From contig CAZMUA010000014.1 in assembly GCA_964569695.1 (NCBI GenBank), positions 11,935 to 75,934 of the forward strand: a stretch of 64,000 nucleotides of DNA. Reading direction: 5' to 3'. Under the pieces are notes generated by a model. The model searched no databases. It had not been told where the DNA came from and saw nothing but the letters and a program-made list of their open reading frames with translations. The position numbers and the translations under genes are program-made. Positions 44,434-54,434 of the stretch are shown piece after piece (the first letter of the stretch is position 1; every line of letters begins with the position of its first letter). Origin of the DNA: an uncultured Woeseiaceae bacterium (GTDB taxonomy: Bacteria > Acidobacteriota > Vicinamibacteria > Vicinamibacterales > UBA823).

Positions 44434-46077
44434 ATGTTGACGAAGTGTGTGCTGAACCGGCGAGGGGTCTGGCTGACATGCCTCGTGATGGCATGCGGTG
44501 CGGCACATGGTTGCTCAACACCTTCCCAAGAGATCGGTGTTGATTCACTGAGGGCACACATCCAGCAACTGTCGTCGGATGAGTTTGAGGGGCGCGCTCC
44601 TGGAACTGAAGGTGGAGTAAAGACCGTTGCCTATCTTACTGACCAGTTCCGTTCACTTGGACTAGAGCCTGGTAATCCTGATGGCACTTATGTTCAACCC
44701 GTTCCACTTGTGGGAATCACGCCTCGGGTTGGGGAGACGCTTCAGGTGCAACCCCAGAATGGCGAGGTTGTTTTCCTTGAACCAGGCGCTGACTACGTAG
44801 CGTTTACAAAGCGGGTCGTTGATCGTGTAGATATGGACGGAGAAATTGTTTTCGTCGGGTACGGCGCAGTTGCGCCTGAGTACGACTGGAATGATTTTAA
44901 GGATGTGGATGTCAAGGGCAAGGTGCTGCTCATGCTCGTTAACGATCCGCCTGCCGCCGGCCTCTTTGGGGATGAGGCGATGACCTATTATGGACGCTGG
45001 ACCTATAAATTCGAGATGGCCGCCCTGCGTGGTGCCGCGGGTGTGTTTGTCATTCACGAAACCGGTCCTGCGGGTTATCCATGGGAGGTAATTGGCAGCG
45101 CACCGTATGGAGAACAATTTGATTTAGTCGCCGAGGACCGTAATAGAGGTCGCGTTGCGGTGGAAGGATGGATACAAAACACTGCGGCCGACTCGATTTT
45201 TCGGATGGCAGGTCTCGACTTTGAAACGTACAAGAAGGCAGCTGCGGAACGCGACTTCAATCCGGTACCGCTCGGGATTACAGCGCGGCTGACGATAGAC
45301 AATACACTCCGTACTGTAGATTCAAACAATGTGGTAGCCATGATTAAAGGAGTAGGTAACTCTGACGAGGTGGTGATTTACGTGGCACATTGGGATCATC
45401 TGGGACGTGACGCTACTCGCCAGGGCGATCAAATTTTTAATGGTGCATATGATAATGCCAGTGGAACTGCAGGCTTGCTTGAGCTTGGTAGCGCGTTTGC
45501 TGGGGTGGCCGATCAGCTTCGTCGCAGTGTGGTCTTCCTTGCTGTGACCGCGGAGGAACAGGGACTATTAGGTTCACGGTTCTATGCTAAGCAGCCACTC
45601 TACCCATTAGCGAAAACGGTTGCAGTTATTAACATGGATGGACTTAATCCATTTGGCATCACTCGAGATCTGACTGTGATTGGCCTAGGACAGTCCACAC
45701 TCGACGACTTGGCGCACCAGATAGCTGAAAAACGAGGCCGGGTCTTACGACCAGACTCTGAACCGGAAAAGGGTTTTTACTATCGTTCGGATCATTTCGA
45801 ATTTGCCAAGGTTGGTGTTCCGGCATTTGACCCGCATCGAGGTGTCGAAATTGTTGGTAAGTCCGAACAATGGGGTATTGAAATGCGGGATCGCTACACC
45901 AATGAGGATTATCATCAAGTATCAGACGAGATGAAACCCTACTGGGATCTCGCAGGTGCGGTTAAGGATTTGGAGTTTTTTTATGAGATGGGATATTCAT
46001 TAGCGACGGATGATTCTTGGCCGGAGTGGAGTGAATCGAGTGAGTTCCGTGGAATTCGAGAGCCGGTTAGGAACTAA
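44434..46077 (+). CDS. M28 family aminopeptidase with PA domain, lipoprotein-like leader
   Basis: AHWDHLG, YDNASGTAGLLEL, FLAVTAEEQGLLGS and YHQVSDE. The leader is LVMACGAAHGC. Confidence 0.85.
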   Translation: MLTKCVLNRRGVWLTCLVMACGAAHGCSTPSQEIGVDSLRAHIQQLSSDEFEGRAPGTEGGVKTVAYLTDQFRSLGLEPGNPDGTYVQPVPLVGITPRVGETLQVQPQNGEVVFLEPGADYVAFTKRVVDRVDMDGEIVFVGYGAVAPEYDWNDFKDVDVKGKVLLMLVNDPPAAGLFGDEAMTYYGRWTYKFEMAALRGAAGVFVIHETGPAGYPWEVIGSAPYGEQFDLVAEDRNRGRVAVEGWIQNTAADSIFRMAGLDFETYKKAAAERDFNPVPLGITARLTIDNTLRTVDSNNVVAMIKGVGNSDEVVIYVAHWDHLGRDATRQGDQIFNGAYDNASGTAGLLELGSAFAGVADQLRRSVVFLAVTAEEQGLLGSRFYAKQPLYPLAKTVAVINMDGLNPFGITRDLTVIGLGQSTLDDLAHQIAEKRGRVLRPDSEPEKGFYYRSDHFEFAKVGVPAFDPHRGVEIVGKSEQWGIEMRDRYTNEDYHQVSDEMKPYWDLAGAVKDLEFFYEMGYSLATDDSWPEWSESSEFRGIREPVRN

Positions 46078-46182
46078 GAGGGTGAAGTCTCCACGCATTT
46101 CTTTGTGAAAAATAACAATCCAATGCCGTGCAACCCGCATCACCACAAGAGTCGAGCGCCTGCGGGTCGTCATCTATCAGGG

Positions 46183-46779
46183 TTATCGACGAGGGCGACG
46201 GGTTCGGCGAGGCCGCCGGTCTTGCGGACGACGTTCCCGGTTGCGATCCATAAACTCTCTTCCTTCAGGCATCCATCTGTCCATGCGAGGTCCACGCTTC
46301 GCTTGAGGTTTTCTAGCTTTATCCTGTTGGGCCGGTGTCAGCAATGCAAAGATTTCACTACGAAGCTTCGCAACTTCAAGCACGGACAGGTTGATGGTCT
46401 CTGCCAGCCTGTTACTGTTATCTTTGATCTTTTCAATCACCGATTCGTCAATTGCCGTTCCGGTCGAGGCTTCCCGGAGTGCTTGACGAATTGGCACCGA
46501 TTGTCTTCGGAGTTTCTGCAACTCGGCTCGATGCGTCTGGATAACTGTGCGAATCGATTCGCGCTGCGCACGAGTTAAATCCAGTTGTCGGAGGCCAAGA
46601 ATGCCTGCGCCACCATCTGGTCCACGACGGTCAAATCTTGGTCTTGGCTGAGAACTCGCATCAACTATCCTGAGGGCGCCGTATCCCACAGTGCAAATAA
46701 TTGTGCAAGTGATCACCGATCGAGCGAACTTGGAGGTCTGATACCTTACTTGTAACATTGGCCTTCTCCCTGATGGCAT
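46183..46779 (-). CDS. Spy/CpxP-family periplasmic protein (LTxxQ repeats) with Arg-rich C-terminal tail
   Basis: LTRAQRESIRTVIQTHRAELQ and LTPAQQDKARK. The tail is RNRERRPQDRRPRRTRRPRR. The start is uncertain (46779 or ATG 46758). Confidence 0.65.
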   Translation of the reverse strand: MPSGRRPMLQVRYQTSKFARSVITCTIICTVGYGALRIVDASSQPRPRFDRRGPDGGAGILGLRQLDLTRAQRESIRTVIQTHRAELQKLRRQSVPIRQALREASTGTAIDESVIEKIKDNSNRLAETINLSVLEVAKLRSEIFALLTPAQQDKARKPQAKRGPRMDRWMPEGREFMDRNRERRPQDRRPRRTRRPRR

Positions 46780-46866
46780 TCCAAGACAACAATGCCGTGC
46801 ATTTTACAATCCAATTATGTGACGATACTTCGATAGGCTCCGTTTACTCGCCATGAGCATTCATAG

Positions 46867-48606
46867 TCAAGGTGCGGGCACCCAGTCTAGGGTCAGTCTG
46901 ATTTCACGAGGTGGCTTGGTAGGGCGCAGCATGACAAAGTGCTGTCCGTCAGCAGTCACGTCATAGTTAGGTAAGTTTCCTCCAGGATCTCGGTCAAATC
47001 TCCTCTCAAACAATTGCCGTGGGATTTCCACGACGAGTTTTTGGGTGAAGTCGATCTTAACGACGTGCATCTGGTCGCCACGGCGGAAGAACAATTCAGT
47101 TCCATTTGATGACCAGACTGGCTCATGACTTTGTTTCAGTGACACTGTCCAACGGTCGCCGGTCGCCGGATGAGGTTGCAAGTAAATTTGGTCGACACCA
47201 TCTGCATCAGACACGTAGGCGATCCAGCGTCCATCGGGCGACAGAGCAGGCGATCGCTCATTAAACGGTGTTCTCACAATTTCTGAAACTAGACCGTCTG
47301 AAGAAAGCACCCCGATGTCACGACCGCTATCGGGGTGGATAGTGTAGAACGCAAGTGAGTGTTCGTCACGGCTTTGGGAAACTGGATTCTGCGGATCGCT
47401 GCTGGCGAGCAAGTGTGTTACCTCACCTGTGACTAGCGTTTTGGAAAAAATGTTTTGTGGTCCAAGTCTGTTGGACGCGAATATTAGAGAGTGTCCGTCA
47501 CTGGCCCAGACGGGAGATCGGTTGTCGCTGCCCATTTCCGTCAGCTGTATCCACTGCTCTCGATCCTTGCTTTGTATCCAAGTTTCACGACCTAACACGT
47601 CAGCTTGGCGAACAATCGCCAGTCGTCCATCCTGCGGTGATAAGCGTGGAGTTGAATAGTGGCCGGGGTCGGGTGGAAACGCCATTTCGGTAATCTTGCC
47701 ATTTCGATCTACCCAGACTGGCTTGTTCTCTAAGACCGACGGTGCTGGTAGCGAAACTAGGGTACGAGTCGTGGAAAGGTCGAAATAAGCCTTTCCTAGT
47801 CGACCGAAGCTAGTCGTTGAAGTCAGCACACGTTCGTCAACAGCACTTGGTGATCCTTGAACAGTTAATTTTTTCGGATCAAACTCAATACTGAGCAACT
47901 CGTCATCAAAAGCGTAGACGAGATGTCCGGTTGGTAAGTATCGCGCACCTCCAGTCGCAGGCGTTAGAAGAGTCCATTGTTGTGATTCCTGACTGAGCAC
48001 GGCTAGGCGGGCGTCGTGCCCTTTTCTAGTGATCGTGAACACTACACCTGCACCATTCGGAAGGATATGAGGCCAACCGTGCTCCAGTTCACCAACTTGG
48101 GTGTTGGGCTCGGTTAAAACTTCTGGCGCGCTTCCACTGGCGGTGACGCGCCGTAAACCACGACCTCCAACAGGCGCGAAAATAATTACATCGTCATGAC
48201 TCCAACTTGCACCGGCGCTGCCCAATGGTGCGTCACAGATAGTTTCTGGAGTCCCACCTTTAAGCAGAGAGATTTTCTTTAAGGTATCGTCGGCGAAGAA
48301 TCCCACCCATAAACCATCTGGAGAGAAAAACGGATTTGCTCCTCCCTCGGTTCCTGAGAGCGGTATTGCATCGAATTGATCGACCGGGCGATAGAACAAC
48401 TGGGTCCGGGATCCTGTGTATGCCACGTAGACTAAGTTTGTTCCATCTGCAGAAATGGCTACATCTAGGAGTTCATGTGTTTCTGGGATATTTACAACGA
48501 CGCGTGACGGCAGTTGAAGATCAGGGGCTGGACGGAGTGCCACCCAAGCCCAGACAATAACTGCGCCGATCAAGACGCTAGAGACATTCCAGACGTATGG
48601 TCGCAC
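46867..48606 (-). CDS. Membrane-anchored TolB-like (PD40/WD40-like beta-propeller repeat) protein
   Basis: N-terminal TM segment SSVLIGAVIVWAWVAL. Repeated motifs: P.FSPDG (NPFFSPDGLWV), LSPQDGRLA, RSPVWASDGHSLIF, RSPALSPDGRWIAYVS. Confidence 0.7.
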   Translation of the reverse strand: MRPYVWNVSSVLIGAVIVWAWVALRPAPDLQLPSRVVVNIPETHELLDVAISADGTNLVYVAYTGSRTQLFYRPVDQFDAIPLSGTEGGANPFFSPDGLWVGFFADDTLKKISLLKGGTPETICDAPLGSAGASWSHDDVIIFAPVGGRGLRRVTASGSAPEVLTEPNTQVGELEHGWPHILPNGAGVVFTITRKGHDARLAVLSQESQQWTLLTPATGGARYLPTGHLVYAFDDELLSIEFDPKKLTVQGSPSAVDERVLTSTTSFGRLGKAYFDLSTTRTLVSLPAPSVLENKPVWVDRNGKITEMAFPPDPGHYSTPRLSPQDGRLAIVRQADVLGRETWIQSKDREQWIQLTEMGSDNRSPVWASDGHSLIFASNRLGPQNIFSKTLVTGEVTHLLASSDPQNPVSQSRDEHSLAFYTIHPDSGRDIGVLSSDGLVSEIVRTPFNERSPALSPDGRWIAYVSDADGVDQIYLQPHPATGDRWTVSLKQSHEPVWSSNGTELFFRRGDQMHVVKIDFTQKLVVEIPRQLFERRFDRDPGGNLPNYDVTADGQHFVMLRPTKPPREIRLTLDWVPAP

Positions 48607-48769
48607 GCCTTAATTTTCAACCCGATCCTGGTGAGATGCTAGTGAAAAATGTCAGCGGTTTTGGGTGCAAACTGAGGACCATTCGATTCACTCCAGCATG
48701 GCCTCGCTATTGCCGAGATCTTCTTGGAAAAGGAACTCGAAGATAGACGGGCGTCACAGGTTGATTATT

Positions 48770-49426
48770 CTAGTAACGTCGTTTTTGCTGCCGCAGAATA
48801 TCGAACTGTGCGGTGTCGGCAATAGCCATTACTGCCATAATGCCTGCTTGCACAGGGTCACTTACAACTAAATCCACGACATCGGGTACACTGCCAGCCA
48901 TATTCAACGAGACGACCTTAACGTTTTGTTCACGGATTTCCTTGACTGCCTCGGCAATTTCGCCTCCCATAATTGCGCCAGCTAGCACAATAATATGCAC
49001 GCGAGGTAGACGCACGACAGCCCTAACCGCGGCGCTCAATTCCTTCTCTCCAACTAGCGGAATCGTATCAACCGATATCCTTTCGCCACGGATATTGTGC
49101 CGGTCAGCTTCCGAGATAGCGCCGACAGCGACTTGACCAACTTGAGCGCCGGCACCCATGATGATGATACGCTTTCCGTAAATTGACGTCGACGACGAGG
49201 CCATTTCAACTGACCGCACAACGGATAGGGATTCAAGAGATTTCTTGATGGTTTCCGGAAGTCCGTCGGTGGTAAATTCTACCGATAATTGACGTAATTC
49301 ATCTGAATGGGGCACGACCTCCAGCGAGGTAACGTTGATGTTTTCTTTTGCGAAAACCTCGGTGACTTGGTTTAGTGCGCCAGGCTGGTCCGCTACGGTG
49401 ATGAGGACTGCGTGTTCATCCGACAT
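48770..49426 (-). CDS. ACT domain protein with C-terminal Rossmann-like domain (DUF5612-like), function unknown
   Basis: ACT-like N-terminus VLITVADQPGALNQVTEVFAKENINVTSLEV, followed by KRIIIMGAGAQVGQVAVGAI. Confidence 0.55.
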   Translation of the reverse strand: MSDEHAVLITVADQPGALNQVTEVFAKENINVTSLEVVPHSDELRQLSVEFTTDGLPETIKKSLESLSVVRSVEMASSSTSIYGKRIIIMGAGAQVGQVAVGAISEADRHNIRGERISVDTIPLVGEKELSAAVRAVVRLPRVHIIVLAGAIMGGEIAEAVKEIREQNVKVVSLNMAGSVPDVVDLVVSDPVQAGIMAVMAIADTAQFDILRQQKRRY

Positions 49427-49452
49427 GAAAATTCGTGTATCTCACAAGATAG

Positions 49453-51477
49453 TCAGTGTTTCCCTATCACCCAATCATAATGTACACCGGCCTGATTGAT
49501 GATCTCCGGTAAGTCGACGGCTAGAAGATAACGCTTGTTTACCAGATCGAGTGCCGCCTGAGTAATTCGTCCAACATAATCGTGCTTGTTTCGGTAGCGC
49601 TCTTCAATTGATAGCCGCGGATCTCCAGAATCCTCGCGTTCTGCTTTCGTACGTGCAAACACGAAGTAAGAACCAATTTCACTCGACAGACGATCTGCAG
49701 CGCCAATGCTCTCGTGCCGGTAATTCCATCCAGTTTGAGTGGCCAGCGGTACCACTAGTTCGGGCATTCGGATACCGGCACGATCGTTCCCATCGGTGTC
49801 GACGGCCGGCACAAGTTGGATAAATGGTGCGCCAATTCTGGGTGGCTCATGTGCGACGATGCCTCGATGCCAGTTGGGACCGAAATCAAGACGGAGTGCT
49901 GTTAGCGGTTCCCTCGGCAGACTGACATTAGGTAGATCAGGCCAACCAGTGTCCTCAGGTGATACGAGAGTCCCAGCATCAATGCGAGGGTAGAGACTCG
50001 GTGGCGGCTCGTGTTTTTCAACGATCCACGCATCAAGCGCTTTGAACAAAGCGCGTATCACAGGCGTGTAGGCCAAAATATTCATGGGTGCCTGACCGAG
50101 AAACACTTCATTTGAGTTCGGTTGAGGTGGAAAGCGTCCAAGGATGTGTGGTGCTGATGCAAGAAAGTATATTCGGCTTGTTGTCGTCGGATCGATATCG
50201 TACGAACCGGTCACGTCTGTATGAGTGAGCGATCCGGCGCGGTTGAAGTACTCCGAGTTAGTTAATACGTGAAACACTTTCGGCGTGGTGCCAGTTGCAC
50301 CGGCTTGGCGCAGAAGACCATCACTCTGGCCTGTTACAGGGTCAGTAGTCGTCGCGTCAGTAAACGGAAACATGTCGACTGGGTAAAGAAAATTGAAGTG
50401 CTGTAATGCATCCCGAGAGGCTTGCCCAAATCGATGGTTGAATGAACCCCGACCTGCACCGCCAACTTGATCGAATACGCCGTCAAAAACTTGAAGACCA
50501 TCCTCGTTTTCATTGAAGCCTTGATACAGGAAATGTCTTAAAAAGCGGCCGCTCTGTGACACACCCCAGGCAAGTGCGTAGTTAATACCGGGTAATGGGT
50601 TCGCTTCACTCGTGTTGTACTTGAAGAAACTCACGATATCCCGTGTGCCGGCAAGCCCAGTGCCTACAACGCGTGGATTTTGACTGAGATAGACCACATC
50701 ATAAATTCGACCCGGCTCAAATCCGCCATCGAGTGCGACAACACCCGGTTCGGTAAATCGCCAGCTGTCACGCGGTATGATCTCGGGCGGATCGGTCGAG
50801 AGGTTTCGAACGGTCATCACATGCTCATCGCTTTCGGGATCGATCACAGAATAAGCTTGATGACCTCGGTCTGCGAGGAGGGCCGTCTCGGTCCTGGGAC
50901 CGACGAAGTTACCACGGACCAAGCCCGTAATGGTCTCGTCACCATCGGTGGCAATTGGCATTGTCATTCGCATCCGGCCTTCGGGTACGTCCCACTGCCA
51001 ACCCATCCAGAGTAACGAAAACCCTTCACGCATCAGTGAACCATCACCAAACTCTTCCACCGTCATTGGATCTGAGGAGCGCGGGGCTTTCTGAAATGTA
51101 CGCAGGATTCGCTTGCTACCTCGATTGCCCACTTCGTAAAATAGCCGGCCGTTACCACGAGTCGGGTCGACAGGTTTCAGGAGGTAGAACTCTGCACTGA
51201 ACTTGACGTCCCCATCAACATTTCTTGGTGCCAGAGGCAAGTCGACGATGATCTGATTCTGTGGTTGATCAGGATCTAAACGAAATTCAGCTATACCGAT
51301 GAGCTTTTCGTAGGGACCAGCTAAGCCAAAAGCTTTACCGTTCGCGACGATTTCACGACGTTCAATACGTAAGCGGACTAGGCGGGCTTCCGCCATACTG
51401 GTTGCGACAATTAACCAGAGGACTGTTGTAGCAAGCGTTACTCGCATAATGCGCTTCTTGGTGGTGGAGCCATACAT
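49453..51477 (-). CDS. Large secreted protein, alpha/beta-hydrolase-domain-like (Abhydrolase_10-type), function unknown
   Basis: Signal peptide (KKRIMRVTLATTVLWLIVATSMAEA). From memory only, it resembles the roughly 650-aa 'alpha/beta hydrolase domain-containing' family (GNGRLFYEVGNRGSK, LLWMGWQWDVP). The start is ambiguous (GTG 51486, ATG 51477 or ATG 51447). Confidence 0.45.
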   Translation of the reverse strand: MYGSTTKKRIMRVTLATTVLWLIVATSMAEARLVRLRIERREIVANGKAFGLAGPYEKLIGIAEFRLDPDQPQNQIIVDLPLAPRNVDGDVKFSAEFYLLKPVDPTRGNGRLFYEVGNRGSKRILRTFQKAPRSSDPMTVEEFGDGSLMREGFSLLWMGWQWDVPEGRMRMTMPIATDGDETITGLVRGNFVGPRTETALLADRGHQAYSVIDPESDEHVMTVRNLSTDPPEIIPRDSWRFTEPGVVALDGGFEPGRIYDVVYLSQNPRVVGTGLAGTRDIVSFFKYNTSEANPLPGINYALAWGVSQSGRFLRHFLYQGFNENEDGLQVFDGVFDQVGGAGRGSFNHRFGQASRDALQHFNFLYPVDMFPFTDATTTDPVTGQSDGLLRQAGATGTTPKVFHVLTNSEYFNRAGSLTHTDVTGSYDIDPTTTSRIYFLASAPHILGRFPPQPNSNEVFLGQAPMNILAYTPVIRALFKALDAWIVEKHEPPPSLYPRIDAGTLVSPEDTGWPDLPNVSLPREPLTALRLDFGPNWHRGIVAHEPPRIGAPFIQLVPAVDTDGNDRAGIRMPELVVPLATQTGWNYRHESIGAADRLSSEIGSYFVFARTKAEREDSGDPRLSIEERYRNKHDYVGRITQAALDLVNKRYLLAVDLPEIINQAGVHYDWVIGKH

Positions 51478-51604
51478 TATTTCCACTGGAATACTATATC
51501 TCGCGGGGAGAATTTCGTATGTGATTCTTAGGTATGTCCGTGTTAAGGAACTCTGCAGTAAACTGTGCTTAGCGAGCGATTACACCTAGAAGGGAAAAGT
51601 TGCC

Positions 51605-52795
51605 ATGAAGACAAAACGATTTATTGCCAGTTGTTTTCTTACGGTTGTCTCCTGTTTATTGGTGCAGGGTGTCGTGTGGGCCCAGTCACAGCCCTACTAT
51701 CCACCGGCAGGTTCATGGGAACGGAAAACACCTGAGGCGGTTGGTATGGATGCGGCACTGCTTGCTAAGGCCGTTGAATTTGCTATGACTCAGGAAACAA
51801 ACAAGCCAATGGATTTTTCCGATCAGGAGCGAATTTTTGGTGAACCGCTTGGTCCGCTGCCAAAACGGCGCGCCCATACCAACGGTCTTGTCCTTCGCCA
51901 CGGTTATATCGTGGCGGAATTTGGTGAGACGACAAAAGTCGATCCCACTTATAGCGCAGCCAAGAGTTATCTATCGACGATTGCTGGACTGGCTGTTGAT
52001 CAAGGGCTGATTGATAACGTGCATGATCCAGTTGGTAAGTACATCAAGGATGGAGGTTACGATTCGACTCATAATGCACAAGTAACCTGGCACCACCATT
52101 TGCAGCAGACCACCGAGTGGGAGGGAACTTTATGGGATCGCCGGCATGATTTTATTGGAAGCGTTGAGTTTGGGTCAGCGGAGCGCCAGCCACGTGAGTT
52201 AGAGGCACCCGGTAACTATTACGAGTACAACGACGTGCGCATTAATCGCTTGGCTCTCTCCTTGTTACGACTTTTTAAAAAGCCACTGCCTTTAGTGCTT
52301 CATGACGAAATTATGGAGCCAATTGGCGCCTCGGATTCTTGGTCTTACCACGGTTACAGAAATTCAGACATTACTCTAGATGGACAAACTATGAAGTCGG
52401 TGACCGGTGGGACACGTTGGGGTGGTGGGATTTGGATCAACTCGTTTGACCACGCACGCTTCGGATTACTTTTCTTGCGAAATGGAATGTGGAACGGCGA
52501 GCAACTGATTTCAACGGAGTGGATCGAGGCCGCGACGACTCGTGGTGACGTCGGTCCAGATTATGGCTACCTGTGGTGGCTCAACACAGAGGGTAAAGCT
52601 TGGCCCGATGCGCCTCGTTCGGCCTATCGCGCCAGTGGACACGGTTCAAACACGGTTTGGATTGACCCAGAGCATGACTTGGTAGTGGTGTGGCGGTGGC
52701 ATCAGGGACGCCCCTCAAATGAATTTTATAAACAGATCATCGAATCAATTACATCCAACACCACTGGTCATACCCAGGCTGGTGAGGTGCAATGA
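51605..52795 (+). CDS. Serine hydrolase (beta-lactamase/transpeptidase-like fold), secreted
   Basis: Signal peptide, an SxxK candidate (YSAAKSY), and a beta-lactamase-family C-terminal region ([50 protein letters not shown]). Confidence 0.75.
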   Translation: MKTKRFIASCFLTVVSCLLVQGVVWAQSQPYYPPAGSWERKTPEAVGMDAALLAKAVEFAMTQETNKPMDFSDQERIFGEPLGPLPKRRAHTNGLVLRHGYIVAEFGETTKVDPTYSAAKSYLSTIAGLAVDQGLIDNVHDPVGKYIKDGGYDSTHNAQVTWHHHLQQTTEWEGTLWDRRHDFIGSVEFGSAERQPRELEAPGNYYEYNDVRINRLALSLLRLFKKPLPLVLHDEIMEPIGASDSWSYHGYRNSDITLDGQTMKSVTGGTRWGGGIWINSFDHARFGLLFLRNGMWNGEQLISTEWIEAATTRGDVGPDYGYLWWLNTEGKAWPDAPRSAYRASGHGSNTVWIDPEHDLVVVWRWHQGRPSNEFYKQIIESITSNTTGHTQAGEVQ

Positions 52796-52856
52796 AGACT
52801 GATTAATGTAGAGACACCCGAGCGAGGTGCGGAACACGCTCAGAGAGGGTCGGACT

Positions 52857-53897
52857 ATGACGAAGACAGTCAAGGAAATTGCTGCGCACATCGGTGCTAC
52901 TGTCGTCGGTGACGGGTCACTTGTTATTAGCGACGTGGCGTCACTTGAATCCGCCAGACACGAGTCGCTCGCATTCGTTGAATCGAAGGATCGTGCTGAG
53001 ATGGCTTTGAACTCAGCCGCTGGTTGTCTTATCGTGCCCACCGGTTTCACATCTGACCTCAAAACATTACTCCAAGTGGACCATCCAAAGCTGGCGTTTG
53101 CTGAAGCGATGAGGTTCTTTCATCCGGATCACCGACCTACGGCCGGTGTGCACACCTCGGCCATTGTCGCCACGGGTGTGACATTACCTGATGATGTGAG
53201 TGTTGGTGCGGGTGCGGTTCTAGAACAAAAGGTAACAATTGGTTCAGGCACGATCATTGGTGCCGGCGTATATGTGGGCGAGGGCTGTGTGATTGGAGCC
53301 GGATGCGTCATTCATCCAAATGTCACGATGTATTCTGGTACGACACTTGGCGACAAAATCATTGTGCATGCTGGCAGTGTGCTTGGTAGTGATGGCTTTG
53401 GTTATGTTCAGAAAGATGGCATGCATCATAAATTTCCGCAGATCGGTCGACTGATAATCGAAGACGATGTAGAGATCGGCGCGAATGTCGTGATTGATCG
53501 TGCAGCCTTAGATGCAACAATCATTAAGCAGGGTACGAAAATCGACAACCTGACACAAATTGCGCACAACGTATTCATTGGCGAACATTGCGCATTATCG
53601 GCTCAGGTGGGTGTTGCAGGTAGCGCGCGCCTTGAGAATCATGTCACGCTGGCCGGTCAAGTGGGTGTGGCTGACCATGTAACTATCATGGAAGGGGCGG
53701 TCGTCGGAGCACAAGGCGGGGTACCGACCGGAAAACGAGTCCAACCAAAACAGATCGTCTGGGGTACTCCGGCTCGGCCATTGACGGAGTTTAAGACACA
53801 GTATGCGGCACTGTCGCGGCTACCGAAGTGGCGTACCGATCTTGCGGAACTCAAAGATCGAGTCGTCGAACTTGAGGCGAAACTCGATAAATTGTAG
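52857..53897 (+). CDS. lpxD: UDP-3-O-acylglucosamine N-acyltransferase
   Basis: N-terminal LpxD domain ([26 protein letters not shown]), long left-handed hexapeptide repeats, and a C-terminal helix. ATG 52857 has GAGAGGG upstream. Confidence 0.9.
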   Translation: MTKTVKEIAAHIGATVVGDGSLVISDVASLESARHESLAFVESKDRAEMALNSAAGCLIVPTGFTSDLKTLLQVDHPKLAFAEAMRFFHPDHRPTAGVHTSAIVATGVTLPDDVSVGAGAVLEQKVTIGSGTIIGAGVYVGEGCVIGAGCVIHPNVTMYSGTTLGDKIIVHAGSVLGSDGFGYVQKDGMHHKFPQIGRLIIEDDVEIGANVVIDRAALDATIIKQGTKIDNLTQIAHNVFIGEHCALSAQVGVAGSARLENHVTLAGQVGVADHVTIMEGAVVGAQGGVPTGKRVQPKQIVWGTPARPLTEFKTQYAALSRLPKWRTDLAELKDRVVELEAKLDKL

Positions 53898-53970
53898 GCG
53901 GCACTGCATCATTTCCATCGTTGCCGCTAGTTGTTATCAATCAAATACAAACTACAGGAGAACAATATTG

Positions 53971-54405
53971 ATGTCTGAACAGAACCCCACATATCAGGAT
54001 GCCGACCTTTTGCTTCGAATTTATGACATGCGCCGTGAGACTAAAATGCGTGCCTCACGCGACATGGTTAATTCTAATTTCTGGCCAAAGAGTTACGAGG
54101 ATTGCAAGGCTATCGGAGACCACGGGCATGAGCAGAACGAAGCGTGGCGCCAGGTGACCTCGTACTGGGAGATGGTGTATGGCATGGCTAAACACGGTAT
54201 TGTTCATGCTGATTACTGGGTGGAGAATAACGGCGAAGGCATTTTCGTGTTTGCCAAGATCGCACCTCACCTTGCAGAGATCAGAAAGAATGGATCGCCC
54301 ACCGCATTCCAGTATGTGGAATGGGCGGCGACTCAGACAGAAGCCGGGAAGCGAACTTTTGAGTTTCTTAGTCGTCTGGTAAAAGCGCGGCTTGAGTCGC
54401 AGTAA
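53971..54405 (+). CDS. Hypothetical cytoplasmic protein (144 aa)
   Basis: ATG 53971 with CAGGAG RBS. No motif I recognise. The track's 5' extension (from 53803) overlaps lpxD and is low-complexity. Confidence 0.45.
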   Translation: MSEQNPTYQDADLLLRIYDMRRETKMRASRDMVNSNFWPKSYEDCKAIGDHGHEQNEAWRQVTSYWEMVYGMAKHGIVHADYWVENNGEGIFVFAKIAPHLAEIRKNGSPTAFQYVEWAATQTEAGKRTFEFLSRLVKARLESQ

Positions 54406-54434
54406 AGGACGCGAAGTCGGTCGGTGAGGTTGCC

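Noticed and set aside
46105-46578. 157-aa plus-strand ORF
   Set aside because: It is antisense to the LTxxQ (Spy/CpxP-like) gene, whose motifs are clear. The plus-strand product is Arg/Ser/Pro-rich low-complexity sequence typical of antisense frames.
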